This document shows positions 37,044-46,621 of a DNA stretch of 64,000 nt, in pieces. The stretch spans positions 1,269 to 65,268 of the forward strand of contig CAZAWH010000001.1 of NCBI GenBank assembly GCA_964488775.1, written 5' to 3'. Both the position numbers and the translations under genes were made by a program. Source of the stretch: an uncultured Sandarakinorhabdus sp. (GTDB lineage: Bacteria; Pseudomonadota; Alphaproteobacteria; Sphingomonadales; Sphingomonadaceae). Numbering within the stretch: position 1 is the stretch's first letter; every line of letters starts with the position of its first letter. The notes below the pieces were generated by a model. It was not told where the DNA came from. It made no database searches and saw only the letters and a list, made by a program, of their open reading frames with translations.

Positions 37044-38008
37044 GCAGCACCGCTGCGGGCCTTCCGCCCGATCTTGCCCATCGGCTGGCAGATTCCGGCC
37101 TGCGCATCATCATCACCGGTGCTTCCGGCTGGATCGGCCTGGCCACACTGGAAATGCTGGCGGCGGCGATCGGTTCCGGCTGGCAGGACCGGGTTCATGC
37201 CTTTGGCAGCAGCGCACGGCGGCTTGATCTGGGCGGCGGCCTGACGATCGATCAACGCCCATTGCCGTCCCTGGCCGATCTGTCGCCAGCTCCCAGCCTG
37301 TTGCTGCATCTTGCCTTTCTGACCAAGGACAAGGTGGAGGGCATGACCGAGGCGGACTACGTTGCCGCCAATCAGGCCATTGCCGATCAGGTTGAGCGGG
37401 CGTTGTTGCCGCTGGATGTCAAGGCGCTGTGGGTGGCGTCATCGGGTGCAGCCTATCGTGCCGATGATGACACGGCCGCTCCGGCGATGCAGCTTTATGG
37501 CCGTTTGAAGCGCGATGACGAGGACCGTTTCGCTGCCTGGGCAGTGGCCAACGGCCGTCGGGCAGTGATCACCCGGGTGTTCAACATTTCCGGGCGCCAC
37601 ATCAACAAGCCGCAACATTATGCCTTGGCGGCCTTCATCATGGATGCGCTGGCCGGGCGGCCGGTGGTGGTGAAGGCCCAGCATCGGGTGGAACGCGGAA
37701 TGGTTGCCGTGGATGAGCTGATGGCCGTCGTGCTGGCTGAACTGTTGGCAGCACCCACAGGTATCAGCCGGTTTGACAGCGGCGGCGAAGGGCTTGAGCT
37801 GGGCGTGATTGCCGAAGAGGTTGCCACCGTGCTCGGGGCGCCGGGGGCGCAGCGCGCTGCCATCACCAGCGACCGCATTGATCGCTATCTTGGTGATGAG
37901 GCAGCCTGGGCGGCGTTGTGCGCGCACCATGCCGTGCCAAGGCAAAGTCTGGCTGACCAGATCCGCACGACCGCTGCCTTTCTTGCAGAACAGGCTCAGC
38001 CAACCTAA
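37040..38008 (+). CDS. NAD-dependent epimerase/dehydratase/reductase (extended SDR)
   Basis: ITGASGWIG, SSGAAY, YGRLK and RVFN motifs. Confidence 0.85.
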   Translation: MSSTAAGLPPDLAHRLADSGLRIIITGASGWIGLATLEMLAAAIGSGWQDRVHAFGSSARRLDLGGGLTIDQRPLPSLADLSPAPSLLLHLAFLTKDKVEGMTEADYVAANQAIADQVERALLPLDVKALWVASSGAAYRADDDTAAPAMQLYGRLKRDDEDRFAAWAVANGRRAVITRVFNISGRHINKPQHYALAAFIMDALAGRPVVVKAQHRVERGMVAVDELMAVVLAELLAAPTGISRFDSGGEGLELGVIAEEVATVLGAPGAQRAAITSDRIDRYLGDEAAWAALCAHHAVPRQSLADQIRTTAAFLAEQAQPT

Positions 38009-38033
38009 AGATGGCGCCACTTTGCATGATGGG

Positions 38034-39959
38034 ATGCTGATGCTGATCCGATCCACTTTCCGTCTGCCGGCAGCGGCGCTGGCCCTGCTGCTTGCCGGGC
38101 TGGCGCAGCCGCAGGCTGCTGCACAGCAGGCGACGGCCGACCGCACGGCCACCCCGGTGCCGGGCGAAACCGCACAGACGGCCAACAACCGCAACGCCGA
38201 TCAGGACCGGGCGGACAACCGCATCGACGTCAGCACGCCGGCCGGCCCGCTGGAGCTTGACAGGAGAAACCGGGAGGCGGCCGACGAACGCGAGGACAGC
38301 CGCCGCGATGGCGAGATCAGCAGTGAACGCCGGGTGCGCGGGCCCAACCCGATCCTGCCGTCGGAATTTGAACTGTTTGTGGAGCGCACCCTCGGCCGCA
38401 AGCTCAACCGGTTCGGCAATGATCTGCTGATCCCTGAGGCGCGCGATTTTTCCGTGCCGGCCAATGCAACCGTGCCACCCGATTATGTCCTGGGCCCCGG
38501 TGACGGTATTGACATCAGCTTGACCGGCAGCATCGAGGGCAGTTTCAGCCTGACGATTGACAATGATGGCAAGCTGTTTCTGCCGCGTGTCGGCGCAGTG
38601 AAGCTTGCCGGTGTGCGTTATGATGCGCTGCGGGCCCGGATCATGGCGGCCGTTGGCCAGCAGTTCCGCAACTTCGCAGCGAGCGTGACGGTCAAGCAAC
38701 TTCGCGGCGTTCGGGTTTATGTGACGGGATTTGCCGCCAGCCCGGGTGCTTATACCGTGTCCAGCCTGTCGACCATGGTCAATGCGGTGCTGGCGGCAGG
38801 TGGCCCGGCATCTGGCGGAAGCTTCCGCAAGGCCAGCCTGGTGCGCGGCGGGCGGGTTGTTGCCGAGCTCGATCTCTATGATCTGTTGTTGCGTGGTGAC
38901 CGCAGTCATGACGCCGTTTTGCAGAATGAAGACGTTATCACCATCGCCCCTTTGGGCGAGCAGGTGGCGCTGATCGGCAGCGTGAACGCCGAAGCCGTCT
39001 ATGAAATCAAGCCAGGCGAACATCTGGAAAGCCTGTTGCGGTTGGCCGGCGGCCCCGGCGTGCTGGCAGACAAGGGCCGGCTGATCCTGTTCCGCACGCG
39101 GGAGAGCGAGACGCTGATCGGCCGCGAAATCAGCCGCAGCGAGGCGGCCGGTGTGGAAGCCATGGGTGGCGACATCGTATCCGTGCTGTCGGCAGGGTCA
39201 TTGCAGCAGCCACAGACAAGGCAAGCCATGCTGGTGCGGGTTGAGGGCGAAGTGGCGCGGCCTGGCAATTATTTGCTGAAGCCGGGCACCACGTTGGACA
39301 AGGTGCTGGAGCAGGCCGGCGGACTGACCGCCACGGCCTTTCCTTATGGCACCCGGCTTGAGCGCTTGTCTGTCAGGCTGCAACAGCGGGCCGGATTCAA
39401 GGAAGCTGTGGAACAGTTCGAACTGGCGCTGGCGGCGACCCCCCTGACCAGCAATGGCCTGAACAGCGAAGACCAGAACCGGGCACTGGCTTCGGCCAAG
39501 GCCGTGATCGAGCGCTTGCGCAATGCGGAACCCGATGGCCGGCTTGTGCTGGATGTGAAGCCCAATGCCAGCAGCCTGCCCGGGCAGATTGTGCTGGAAA
39601 ACAGTGATCGCATCCTTGTGCCGCCCCGGCCTTCGGCCGTTGGCGTCTTTGGTGCCGTGTTCCGGCCGGCGAGTTTCCTGATCAACCCTGGCGAACGCTT
39701 GATGGTGGGTGACTATCTGCGCCGGGCCGGCGGCGGCCTGCGATCGGCGGATATGCGGCGCATGTTCGTTGTCAGGGCCAATGGCGATGTGCTCACCCGG
39801 CAGACTGGCGCCCTCGAAGCGCCGGCCCTGCCCGGGGATGTGATTTTCATTCCGGTGAAGACCCAGAACAACAATCTGTTGGCAAAGATCCGCGATATCA
39901 GCACCATCATCTTCCAGCTGGGCATCACCACCGCCGCGCTGGTGGCACTGTCGCGATGA
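38034..39959 (+). CDS. Polysaccharide export protein with SLBB repeats (KpsD/Wza-like)
   Basis: Signal peptide, DYVLGPGD, DGKLFLPRVG, DLYDLLLRGD and repeated GxV..PG motifs. Start approximate. Confidence 0.85.
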   Translation: MLMLIRSTFRLPAAALALLLAGLAQPQAAAQQATADRTATPVPGETAQTANNRNADQDRADNRIDVSTPAGPLELDRRNREAADEREDSRRDGEISSERRVRGPNPILPSEFELFVERTLGRKLNRFGNDLLIPEARDFSVPANATVPPDYVLGPGDGIDISLTGSIEGSFSLTIDNDGKLFLPRVGAVKLAGVRYDALRARIMAAVGQQFRNFAASVTVKQLRGVRVYVTGFAASPGAYTVSSLSTMVNAVLAAGGPASGGSFRKASLVRGGRVVAELDLYDLLLRGDRSHDAVLQNEDVITIAPLGEQVALIGSVNAEAVYEIKPGEHLESLLRLAGGPGVLADKGRLILFRTRESETLIGREISRSEAAGVEAMGGDIVSVLSAGSLQQPQTRQAMLVRVEGEVARPGNYLLKPGTTLDKVLEQAGGLTATAFPYGTRLERLSVRLQQRAGFKEAVEQFELALAATPLTSNGLNSEDQNRALASAKAVIERLRNAEPDGRLVLDVKPNASSLPGQIVLENSDRILVPPRPSAVGVFGAVFRPASFLINPGERLMVGDYLRRAGGGLRSADMRRMFVVRANGDVLTRQTGALEAPALPGDVIFIPVKTQNNNLLAKIRDISTIIFQLGITTAALVALSR

Positions 39960-41053
39960 CCCCGCCTGTTGAACTGTTCGGCGGCTTGCAGCGGCTGCCT
40001 GTGCTGGGTGCCACGCTTGCGCATCACGGCCGGCGCCGGATCTTGTTTGTCGTCCTGATCGTTGCCTGCCTTGGCCTCGCACTGTTTCCGCAACGCTATC
40101 GCGCAGCATCGACACTTTCGCCTGCCGATCCATCGTCTTTGGGCTTGCAGGGAACGGTTGGCCAGCTCGGCGCATTCAACACGGTGTTCGGCAACCAGGC
40201 CGCCATCGAGGTTGCACTGCGCATCGCAAGGTCCACCGCCGTGCGCGACAAGGTGGCGACCAAACTGGACCTGGACCGCGCCCTGGGCACCGGTGACCGG
40301 GCGGCCACGTCGCGCTGGCTGGCCAACAATGTCGATATTCGGTCGCTCCGCGGTGGCATCATCCAGATCGAGTTGACAATGCGGGATGCCGAACTTGCCC
40401 GCCGGATCATCACCGTTTGGTCAGACGCGACGCGCGCCCAGCTGGCTGAAATCGCCGTCCGCCAGACCGAATACAAACGTGGCGTGCTGGAGAAGCTGGT
40501 TGCCGATGCCACCGTGCGCATGAACAAGGCGCAGGCAGCCTATGACAATCTGCGTTACAACCGGCGCACGGCAGAGCCCGGGTATGAAATCGGGTCGGTT
40601 GCCGGCCGCATCGAGGGACTGCGCCAGGCGATCAAGACCAAGGATCTGCAGCTGCGCTCGGCGTTGGAATTCGCCACGCCGAACAACATTCAGGTCCGCC
40701 AGATCGAGGCGGAACGCCGGGCCTTACAGGCGGAACTGGCGCAAACCCTGGCCAACCGCGGTGCCGCGAACGACACGCTGAACAGCGTGGTGAATGATGG
40801 CACAAAGCTGGTTTTCCTGGAACGGGAACTGGCGATCGCGCGCAGCCTGTATGACAATTACAACCGCTATCTGCTTGGCACCTATGTCGAAGATCTGACG
40901 TCCACTGCCAACATTCGCATTCTTGAAGCGCCCTATGTCGATACGGCCCGCCAATTCAATCTGTTGCCGCTGGGTCTGGCAGGCCTGTTGTTCCTGATCG
41001 CGGCGGCGTTCGAGATGCAGGCCCTGCGCCGCCCGGTTGGACATCGTTCATGA
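39956..41053 (+). CDS. Polysaccharide co-polymerase / KpsE-like inner-membrane protein
   Basis: N- and C-terminal TM helices flanking a coiled-coil region; follows the SLBB export gene. Confidence 0.7.
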   Translation: MTPPVELFGGLQRLPVLGATLAHHGRRRILFVVLIVACLGLALFPQRYRAASTLSPADPSSLGLQGTVGQLGAFNTVFGNQAAIEVALRIARSTAVRDKVATKLDLDRALGTGDRAATSRWLANNVDIRSLRGGIIQIELTMRDAELARRIITVWSDATRAQLAEIAVRQTEYKRGVLEKLVADATVRMNKAQAAYDNLRYNRRTAEPGYEIGSVAGRIEGLRQAIKTKDLQLRSALEFATPNNIQVRQIEAERRALQAELAQTLANRGAANDTLNSVVNDGTKLVFLERELAIARSLYDNYNRYLLGTYVEDLTSTANIRILEAPYVDTARQFNLLPLGLAGLLFLIAAAFEMQALRRPVGHRS

Positions 41054-41991
41054 CCCTGCCCAGCCGCCGGCCGCTGATTTCGGTCGCCATTCCGTGCCGG
41101 AACGAGGAGGCCAATGTTCGCGAGATCACCGCGGCCGTGGCCGCACAACTGGAATCGAGCGGCGTTGACTGGGAAATCATCCTGATCGACAATGAATCCA
41201 GCGATCGCACCGTTGAACTGGCCCGCGAGCTGTGTGCAGCCGACAGGCGTATCAAGCTCATCGTCAACACCCGCAACTTTGGCCAGATGCGATCGCCCAC
41301 CCACGCCATTTTTGCCGGGCGCGGTGACGCGGTGATCGGCATGTGTGCCGATTTTCAGGACCCGCCAGAACTGCTGCCGCGTTTCATTGAACGCTGGCAG
41401 GCCGGCATTCCGATCGTGCTCGGCGTCCGGGAGAGCGAGAAGACGCTGTGGTGGAAGGGTCTGTTCGGCAGGCTCTATTATGATTTCGTCGCACGGTTTG
41501 CCGATGTGCCGGCCATCCCCAATGCCACTGGCTTTGGCCTGTATGACCGCAAGGTGGTGGATCTGATCCACAGCCTCAATGAACCTGAACCTTATTATCG
41601 CGGGCTGCTGGTGGAAACCGGCCATGCCATCGAAGTGATCGAATATGCCCGCCCATTGCGCCGCGGCGGCAAGTCGAACAACAATTTCTTCAATCTGGTG
41701 GAATTCGCGCTGTCGGGTCTGACCAGCAGTTCCAAGAAACTGCTGCGTCTGCCGTTCTTTGTTGGCGCTGTCGGCATGGTTGCTGCGGGCCTGTTCGCGC
41801 TGGCGGCCCTGCTCGCCCTTTTCATCGGCGGTCCGGCCGGACTGCTTGGCATTGCCGCACTGGTCCAACTGAATTTTGGCCTTGTTTTTCTGTTCCTTGG
41901 CCTGTTCGGCGATCAACTCCGCCTCATGTCGGAACGGCAACGCCGTTTTCCGCTGGTCGTCGAACGCGAGCGGCTGAATTTCGATGACTGA
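41050..41991 (+). CDS. GT2 polyprenyl-phosphate glycosyltransferase (GtrB/ArnC-like)
   Basis: IPCRNEE, RNFGQ and ADFQDPPE motifs, two C-terminal TM helices. Confidence 0.88.
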   Translation: MTLPSRRPLISVAIPCRNEEANVREITAAVAAQLESSGVDWEIILIDNESSDRTVELARELCAADRRIKLIVNTRNFGQMRSPTHAIFAGRGDAVIGMCADFQDPPELLPRFIERWQAGIPIVLGVRESEKTLWWKGLFGRLYYDFVARFADVPAIPNATGFGLYDRKVVDLIHSLNEPEPYYRGLLVETGHAIEVIEYARPLRRGGKSNNNFFNLVEFALSGLTSSSKKLLRLPFFVGAVGMVAAGLFALAALLALFIGGPAGLLGIAALVQLNFGLVFLFLGLFGDQLRLMSERQRRFPLVVERERLNFDD

Positions 41992-42394
41992 GGTGCCAGG
42001 CCCTTCCGGCTGGAGCGGCCGGCTGGCGCGCTGGCAGCAGATCATTCGTTACTATCAGGCGGGCATCGTCAATCTTGCCTTTGGTTATGGCCTGTACGCC
42101 GGCCTGATTGCATTTGGCATATCTGCCTATCCGGCGCAGGCGCTCAGCCATGTCCTGGGCATGGCCTTCAACTATGTCACATACAGCCGTCATGTGTTCC
42201 GGGAGGCTGGCCCCGCCAAGCTGCGCTTCATCGCCAGCTATGCGGTCAACTATGTCCTGTCGCTTGGCACATTGGCGGGGCTGAAACAGGTATTGACGAA
42301 TGATTATGCCGCAGGTCTGCTCGCGGCGGTGATCGTGTCCATCATCAACTATGGCGCGCTGAAATATCTCGTCTTCAACCGGAAGGCCGCATGA
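41984..42394 (+). CDS. GtrA-family flippase-like membrane protein
   Basis: About 136 aa, 4 TM, FNY....HVF and NY..LKYLVF motifs. Confidence 0.8.
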   Translation: MTEVPGPSGWSGRLARWQQIIRYYQAGIVNLAFGYGLYAGLIAFGISAYPAQALSHVLGMAFNYVTYSRHVFREAGPAKLRFIASYAVNYVLSLGTLAGLKQVLTNDYAAGLLAAVIVSIINYGALKYLVFNRKAA

Positions 42395-43710
42395 TGGCCC
42401 GCATCGGCCGCTGGGCAGAGCCGCTGCTGGCGCTGGCCGTAGTTGCCGCAATCGCTCACACAGTCTGGTTCACGGCCAGCAACGGCTATCTGCCTGCACC
42501 TTTTTTCTACGACGTGTCCGACACGTTCATGGATTGGTTCAACACCGCATACTGGTCGCACGACGCCGGTGCCTATGACAGTTGGCGCACGATTTATCCG
42601 CCACTGTCGTTCCTGGTGCTGCGGGTCCTGTCCAACCGGGAATGCTATCTCAACAACGAAGGCTTGGGCGCGCGGGACTGTGACTGGTTCAGCTTTGTTG
42701 CCATTTCCGTAATCATGCTGGTCAATCTGGCGGTCATCTGGCTCAGCTTCCGCAAGCTGGATCGCGCTACAGCCCTGCCCCGCACCATCGCGCTCGGCCT
42801 TGGCCTGCCCATGCTCTACACGCTGGAGCGTGGAAACATCCTGCTATTGACCTTCACCTGCCTTGTGCTGGCCTTCGGACCGCTGCTGAAGGGTGCACGC
42901 TGGCGTTGGTTGGCGCTGGGACTGGCGATCAATTTCAAGGTCTATCTGATCGCAGCGCTGGCACCACAGTTGCTGAAACGGCGCTGGCGCTGGTTTGAAG
43001 GTGCAGCAATTGCCACCATCGTCGTCTATCTGGTCAGTTGGCTGTTGCTGGGCGCCGGTTCCCCACGCGAGATTTTCACCAATATTGCCGCAGTCTCGGG
43101 TGATTTTGAGGCCGGCACGCTGCTCGATGGCTGGTATGCCATCACCTATACGCCGTTCCTGTCGATCCTGAACGGCAGTTATGTGCCGATTGTCTCCATC
43201 ATCGGGTCCAGTGCGGTCGAGACGCTGCTGATCGTTCTGCCTGCCTTGCAGCGGGCCACCCAGTTGATCATCGCGCTGGCCGCTGTTGCCACCTTCGTGC
43301 GGCCCGAAGCCGTGCCCATGCACCGTGCCACCTGCCTTGGCCTGTTGATGGCGCTCGTCACCTCGGAAAGTGGCGGCTACACACAGCTGCTCTTGTTCTT
43401 TTTCATCTTCATGGAACGCTGGCAGGGCATAGCCCGGCCGACAGCGCTGGTGACCAGCTATCTTCTTTCAATTCCGGCCGACGTGATCATCGATCGCTAT
43501 CCACCTGCAGTGGCCGAAAGCTGGATCCATGGCGGGCCAGTTTTTGTTGACTATGTCCTGAGCCTGGGACCATTTGTGCGGCCGCTGGCGGTCATGCTGA
43601 TCGCATGGTGCGTGGCCGGCCTGATCCTGGCCGATGTACGGCGCGACTTCGCTGCCAGTCCCGGAGGCTGGCGACGGCGTTTTTCGACCGAGCTGTTGGC
43701 AGCGCGTTAA
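42391..43710 (+). CDS. GT-C fold membrane glycosyltransferase (GT87-like)
   Basis: FMDW, IYPPL, LERGN and NFKVY motifs; multiple TM segments; follows GtrB/GtrA. Confidence 0.65.
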   Translation: MMARIGRWAEPLLALAVVAAIAHTVWFTASNGYLPAPFFYDVSDTFMDWFNTAYWSHDAGAYDSWRTIYPPLSFLVLRVLSNRECYLNNEGLGARDCDWFSFVAISVIMLVNLAVIWLSFRKLDRATALPRTIALGLGLPMLYTLERGNILLLTFTCLVLAFGPLLKGARWRWLALGLAINFKVYLIAALAPQLLKRRWRWFEGAAIATIVVYLVSWLLLGAGSPREIFTNIAAVSGDFEAGTLLDGWYAITYTPFLSILNGSYVPIVSIIGSSAVETLLIVLPALQRATQLIIALAAVATFVRPEAVPMHRATCLGLLMALVTSESGGYTQLLLFFFIFMERWQGIARPTALVTSYLLSIPADVIIDRYPPAVAESWIHGGPVFVDYVLSLGPFVRPLAVMLIAWCVAGLILADVRRDFAASPGGWRRRFSTELLAAR

Positions 43711-44753
43711 ACCAACGTGCCGCGCATGCTGTCATCAAAGGGCGTCAGCGCAGCGCCGTTCTGCATGCGGGTGGCCAAATCGGGATTGGCGATGAACAGC
43801 CGCCCCCAGGTAACGGCATCGATCACACCATCGGCCAGTTCGGCTTCGGCCGCCGCAGGCGTGAGTGAGGCGCCAGCGATCAACACACCCGGCCACAGTG
43901 GCCGCACCAGGCGCACAACCCGACCAGACGTGTCGGCATAAATGCTGTTTGCACAACTGATGTCGAGCGCGCCAAGCCTGCGCCGGGCCAATTCCGGGAT
44001 GAGATAGGCAATCATCGCGTCCATGTCGGGCCATTCATACAGGCCGCCCATGAAGCGCGACGGGGAAATGCGGGCCATCACCCGGTTGGCAGGAACGGCC
44101 GCAATCACCGCATCCACCAGTTCCAACATGAACCGGCAACGGTTTTCGACCGAGCCGCCATAAGCATCGCTGCGGTCATTCACCTGCGCATCGAGGAACT
44201 GATCAACAATATAGCCATTGGCGGCATGCAGTTCGACGGCATCAAAACCGACCGCCAGCGCCCGACGGGCGGCATCGGCGAACAGCTGATACACTCCCGG
44301 CATTTCGCTGGCGGCAAGCGCGCGCGGTTCGCCGTAGGGTTTGTTGTTCTGACGGTTCACACCGGCGGCGGCACGGCTGGTGGACGAAACCGGGGCTTCG
44401 CCGGTGAAATCGGCATGGCTGATCCGGCCCATGTGCCACAGCTGGCATGCGATGGCGCCACCTTCTTCATGCACGGCATCCACCACCGGTCGCCAGGCTT
44501 CGGCATGGGCGTCGCTGCTGATGAAAGGTGCCCGCACCCAGCCATCACCCGATTTGTCGATGATGGTGCCTTCGGTCAGGATCAAACCGGCGCCGCCTGC
44601 GGCGCGCTTGCGATAATATTCGGCCATCTCGGCAGTGGCAAAACGGTCTTCGCTGGCAAAGCTGCGGCTCATGGCCGACATGACCGTGCGGTTGCGCAAC
44701 GGAATGAAGCCCGGCTTGGCCAGCGGGCTGAACAGGTGCGGCAGGTTGTTCAC
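43707..44753 (-). CDS. Old yellow enzyme family flavin oxidoreductase
   Basis: LRNRTVMSAMSR, QLWHMGR, GFDAVELHAANGY, N.RSD.YGGS.ENR and GRLFIANPDL motifs; GAGGG RBS before GTG. Confidence 0.92.
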   Translation of the reverse strand: MNNLPHLFSPLAKPGFIPLRNRTVMSAMSRSFASEDRFATAEMAEYYRKRAAGGAGLILTEGTIIDKSGDGWVRAPFISSDAHAEAWRPVVDAVHEEGGAIACQLWHMGRISHADFTGEAPVSSTSRAAAGVNRQNNKPYGEPRALAASEMPGVYQLFADAARRALAVGFDAVELHAANGYIVDQFLDAQVNDRSDAYGGSVENRCRFMLELVDAVIAAVPANRVMARISPSRFMGGLYEWPDMDAMIAYLIPELARRRLGALDISCANSIYADTSGRVVRLVRPLWPGVLIAGASLTPAAAEAELADGVIDAVTWGRLFIANPDLATRMQNGAALTPFDDSMRGTLV

Positions 44754-44767
44754 GGCAAAGGCCCTCA

Positions 44768-45676
44768 TCAAATGTGCAAGCGATATTGATCCCAGAAGGA
44801 CCGTTGCAGATAAAGCGTCAGGCTGGCGCGCCAATCACGCTGCAGATCCAGCCCCGCCTCGCGCAACCGTGTCATCGCCAGGACGGCACAATCCGGGCGG
44901 CGGCCCAGCTCATTGCCCGACACGGCGGCTGGATCGACATGATCGATCGCCAGCACATCCTGCCAGCCCAGCGCGACGGCTATGGTTTCGGCCACCTCGG
45001 CAAAGCTGGCATCGCCATGACAGGCCATCTGCCAGCTGCCACGGGCATCACGCGCCATCAGCAGCAAGCAGTTGAGCGCCAGATCTTCGGTAAAGGTGGG
45101 CTGCCAGCGCCGTGTGCCAACCGAAAATCGGCGGTCGCCGCGGTCGATGGCGGCCTTCATCGCCGGAATGATCCGACCGACGAAATTCTTGTCCGCCGCC
45201 TCACCGCCGAAAAAGCCAGCCATGCGGACAATCAGCGGGTCGCCATGCGCTGCCACGATGGCCTGTTCGGCGGCATATTTCAGCTCACCGTAAAAGCTGA
45301 GCGGCCGCGGGCTTTCCGTTTCCGGAATGGGATTCACCGCCCCGTCATAGGTCAGGAAGCTTTGGGGATAGAGCAGCCTGGCACCGGCACGGGTTGCCAG
45401 TTCTGCCACATGGCGGCTGCCGAGAACGATGGTTTCATGGGCTGCATCCGGTTCACGAGCGCAACCTTCGACATCGACACGGGCCGCGCAATGGACAATC
45501 CAGCCGCCAGCCACCCGATCCGCCCAGGGTGCCAGCGCAGCCGGGTCGCGCACATCAAGCGTGCCCTTGCCCGGCGTCATCAGCTCGAACTGCGGGAATT
45601 GGCTGGCCATGGCAGCGAAACCGCGGCCCAGCATGCCTTCGCCGCCTGTGACGAGCACAGGAATGCGCCTGGTCAT
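44768..45676 (-). CDS. RmlD-like NDP-4-keto-sugar reductase
   Basis: VTGGEGMLG, HCAA..DV..C, PLSFYGELK and QPTF motifs. Confidence 0.82.
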   Translation of the reverse strand: MTRRIPVLVTGGEGMLGRGFAAMASQFPQFELMTPGKGTLDVRDPAALAPWADRVAGGWIVHCAARVDVEGCAREPDAAHETIVLGSRHVAELATRAGARLLYPQSFLTYDGAVNPIPETESPRPLSFYGELKYAAEQAIVAAHGDPLIVRMAGFFGGEAADKNFVGRIIPAMKAAIDRGDRRFSVGTRRWQPTFTEDLALNCLLLMARDARGSWQMACHGDASFAEVAETIAVALGWQDVLAIDHVDPAAVSGNELGRRPDCAVLAMTRLREAGLDLQRDWRASLTLYLQRSFWDQYRLHI

Positions 45677-45681
45677 GTTGG

Positions 45682-46455
45682 TCACCACAATTTCCAGGGC
45701 GCCGTGCCCTTGGACCAAAGTTCCTCAAGATGCTGCTTGTCGCGCAGCGTGTCCATCGGCTGCCAGAAGCCGTTGTGATGATAGGCGACCAGATCACCGC
45801 CGTGCGCCAGCGCTTCAAGTGGTTCCTGTTCCCAGATTGAAGATGGGCCGGCGACGAGATCAAGCACCGACGGATCGGCAACGAAGAAGCCGCCGTTGAT
45901 CAGGCCGCCATCGCCGGCCGGCTTTTCCTTGAAGCGCAACACTTCGTTGGCGGGTGACAATTCCAGCGCACCAAAACGCCCGGGAGGTGAGACGGCGGTG
46001 ATGGTGGCCTTGCGGCCGTGGGCCTTGTGGAATGCCACCAGCTTGGCGACGTCAATATCGGCCACGCCGTCACCATAAGTGAAACAAAAGGGCTCGCCGG
46101 GCACCAGATAGTCCTTCACGGCCTTGAGGCGGCCGCCCGTCATGGTGTCGGCGCCGGTTTCGACCATGGTGATCCGCCAAGGCTCGCTGCGGGCGTGATG
46201 AACCTCCACGCTGTTCTGGCGCAAGTCGATGGTCACATCAGCGGTGTGCAGGAAGTAGTTGGCGAAAAACTCCTTGATGACATAGCCCTTGTAGCCAAGG
46301 CAGATGATGAAATCATTCAAGCCGGCAGCGGAATAGATTTTGAGGATATGCCAAAGGATCGGCATGCCGCCGATCTCCACCATGGGTTTGGGCCGAACGC
46401 TGGTCTCTTCGCCAAGCCGGGTGCCAAGACCGCCAGCCAAAATTACCGTCTTCAT
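45682..46455 (-). CDS. rfbF: Glucose-1-phosphate cytidylyltransferase
   Basis: ILAGGLGTR, PKPMVEIG, TMTGGRL, TYGDGV and GFWQPMDTLRDK motifs. Confidence 0.95.
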   Translation of the reverse strand: MKTVILAGGLGTRLGEETSVRPKPMVEIGGMPILWHILKIYSAAGLNDFIICLGYKGYVIKEFFANYFLHTADVTIDLRQNSVEVHHARSEPWRITMVETGADTMTGGRLKAVKDYLVPGEPFCFTYGDGVADIDVAKLVAFHKAHGRKATITAVSPPGRFGALELSPANEVLRFKEKPAGDGGLINGGFFVADPSVLDLVAGPSSIWEQEPLEALAHGGDLVAYHHNGFWQPMDTLRDKQHLEELWSKGTAPWKLW

Positions 46456-46621
46456 CTGGAAGATTGTCCTGAGTTGATGGAGCGCGTCACGCCTTGTCAA
46501 TTTCACCGGCCCGCGTCAATGGTTTGACCGTCACGCTGTGGCCTTGCCGCCCGAATGGGCAGGAAACAGGATATTCCGATTGTCTGCATCGCCATCACAA
46601 CCTGGAACCCGTCTGCCATTG

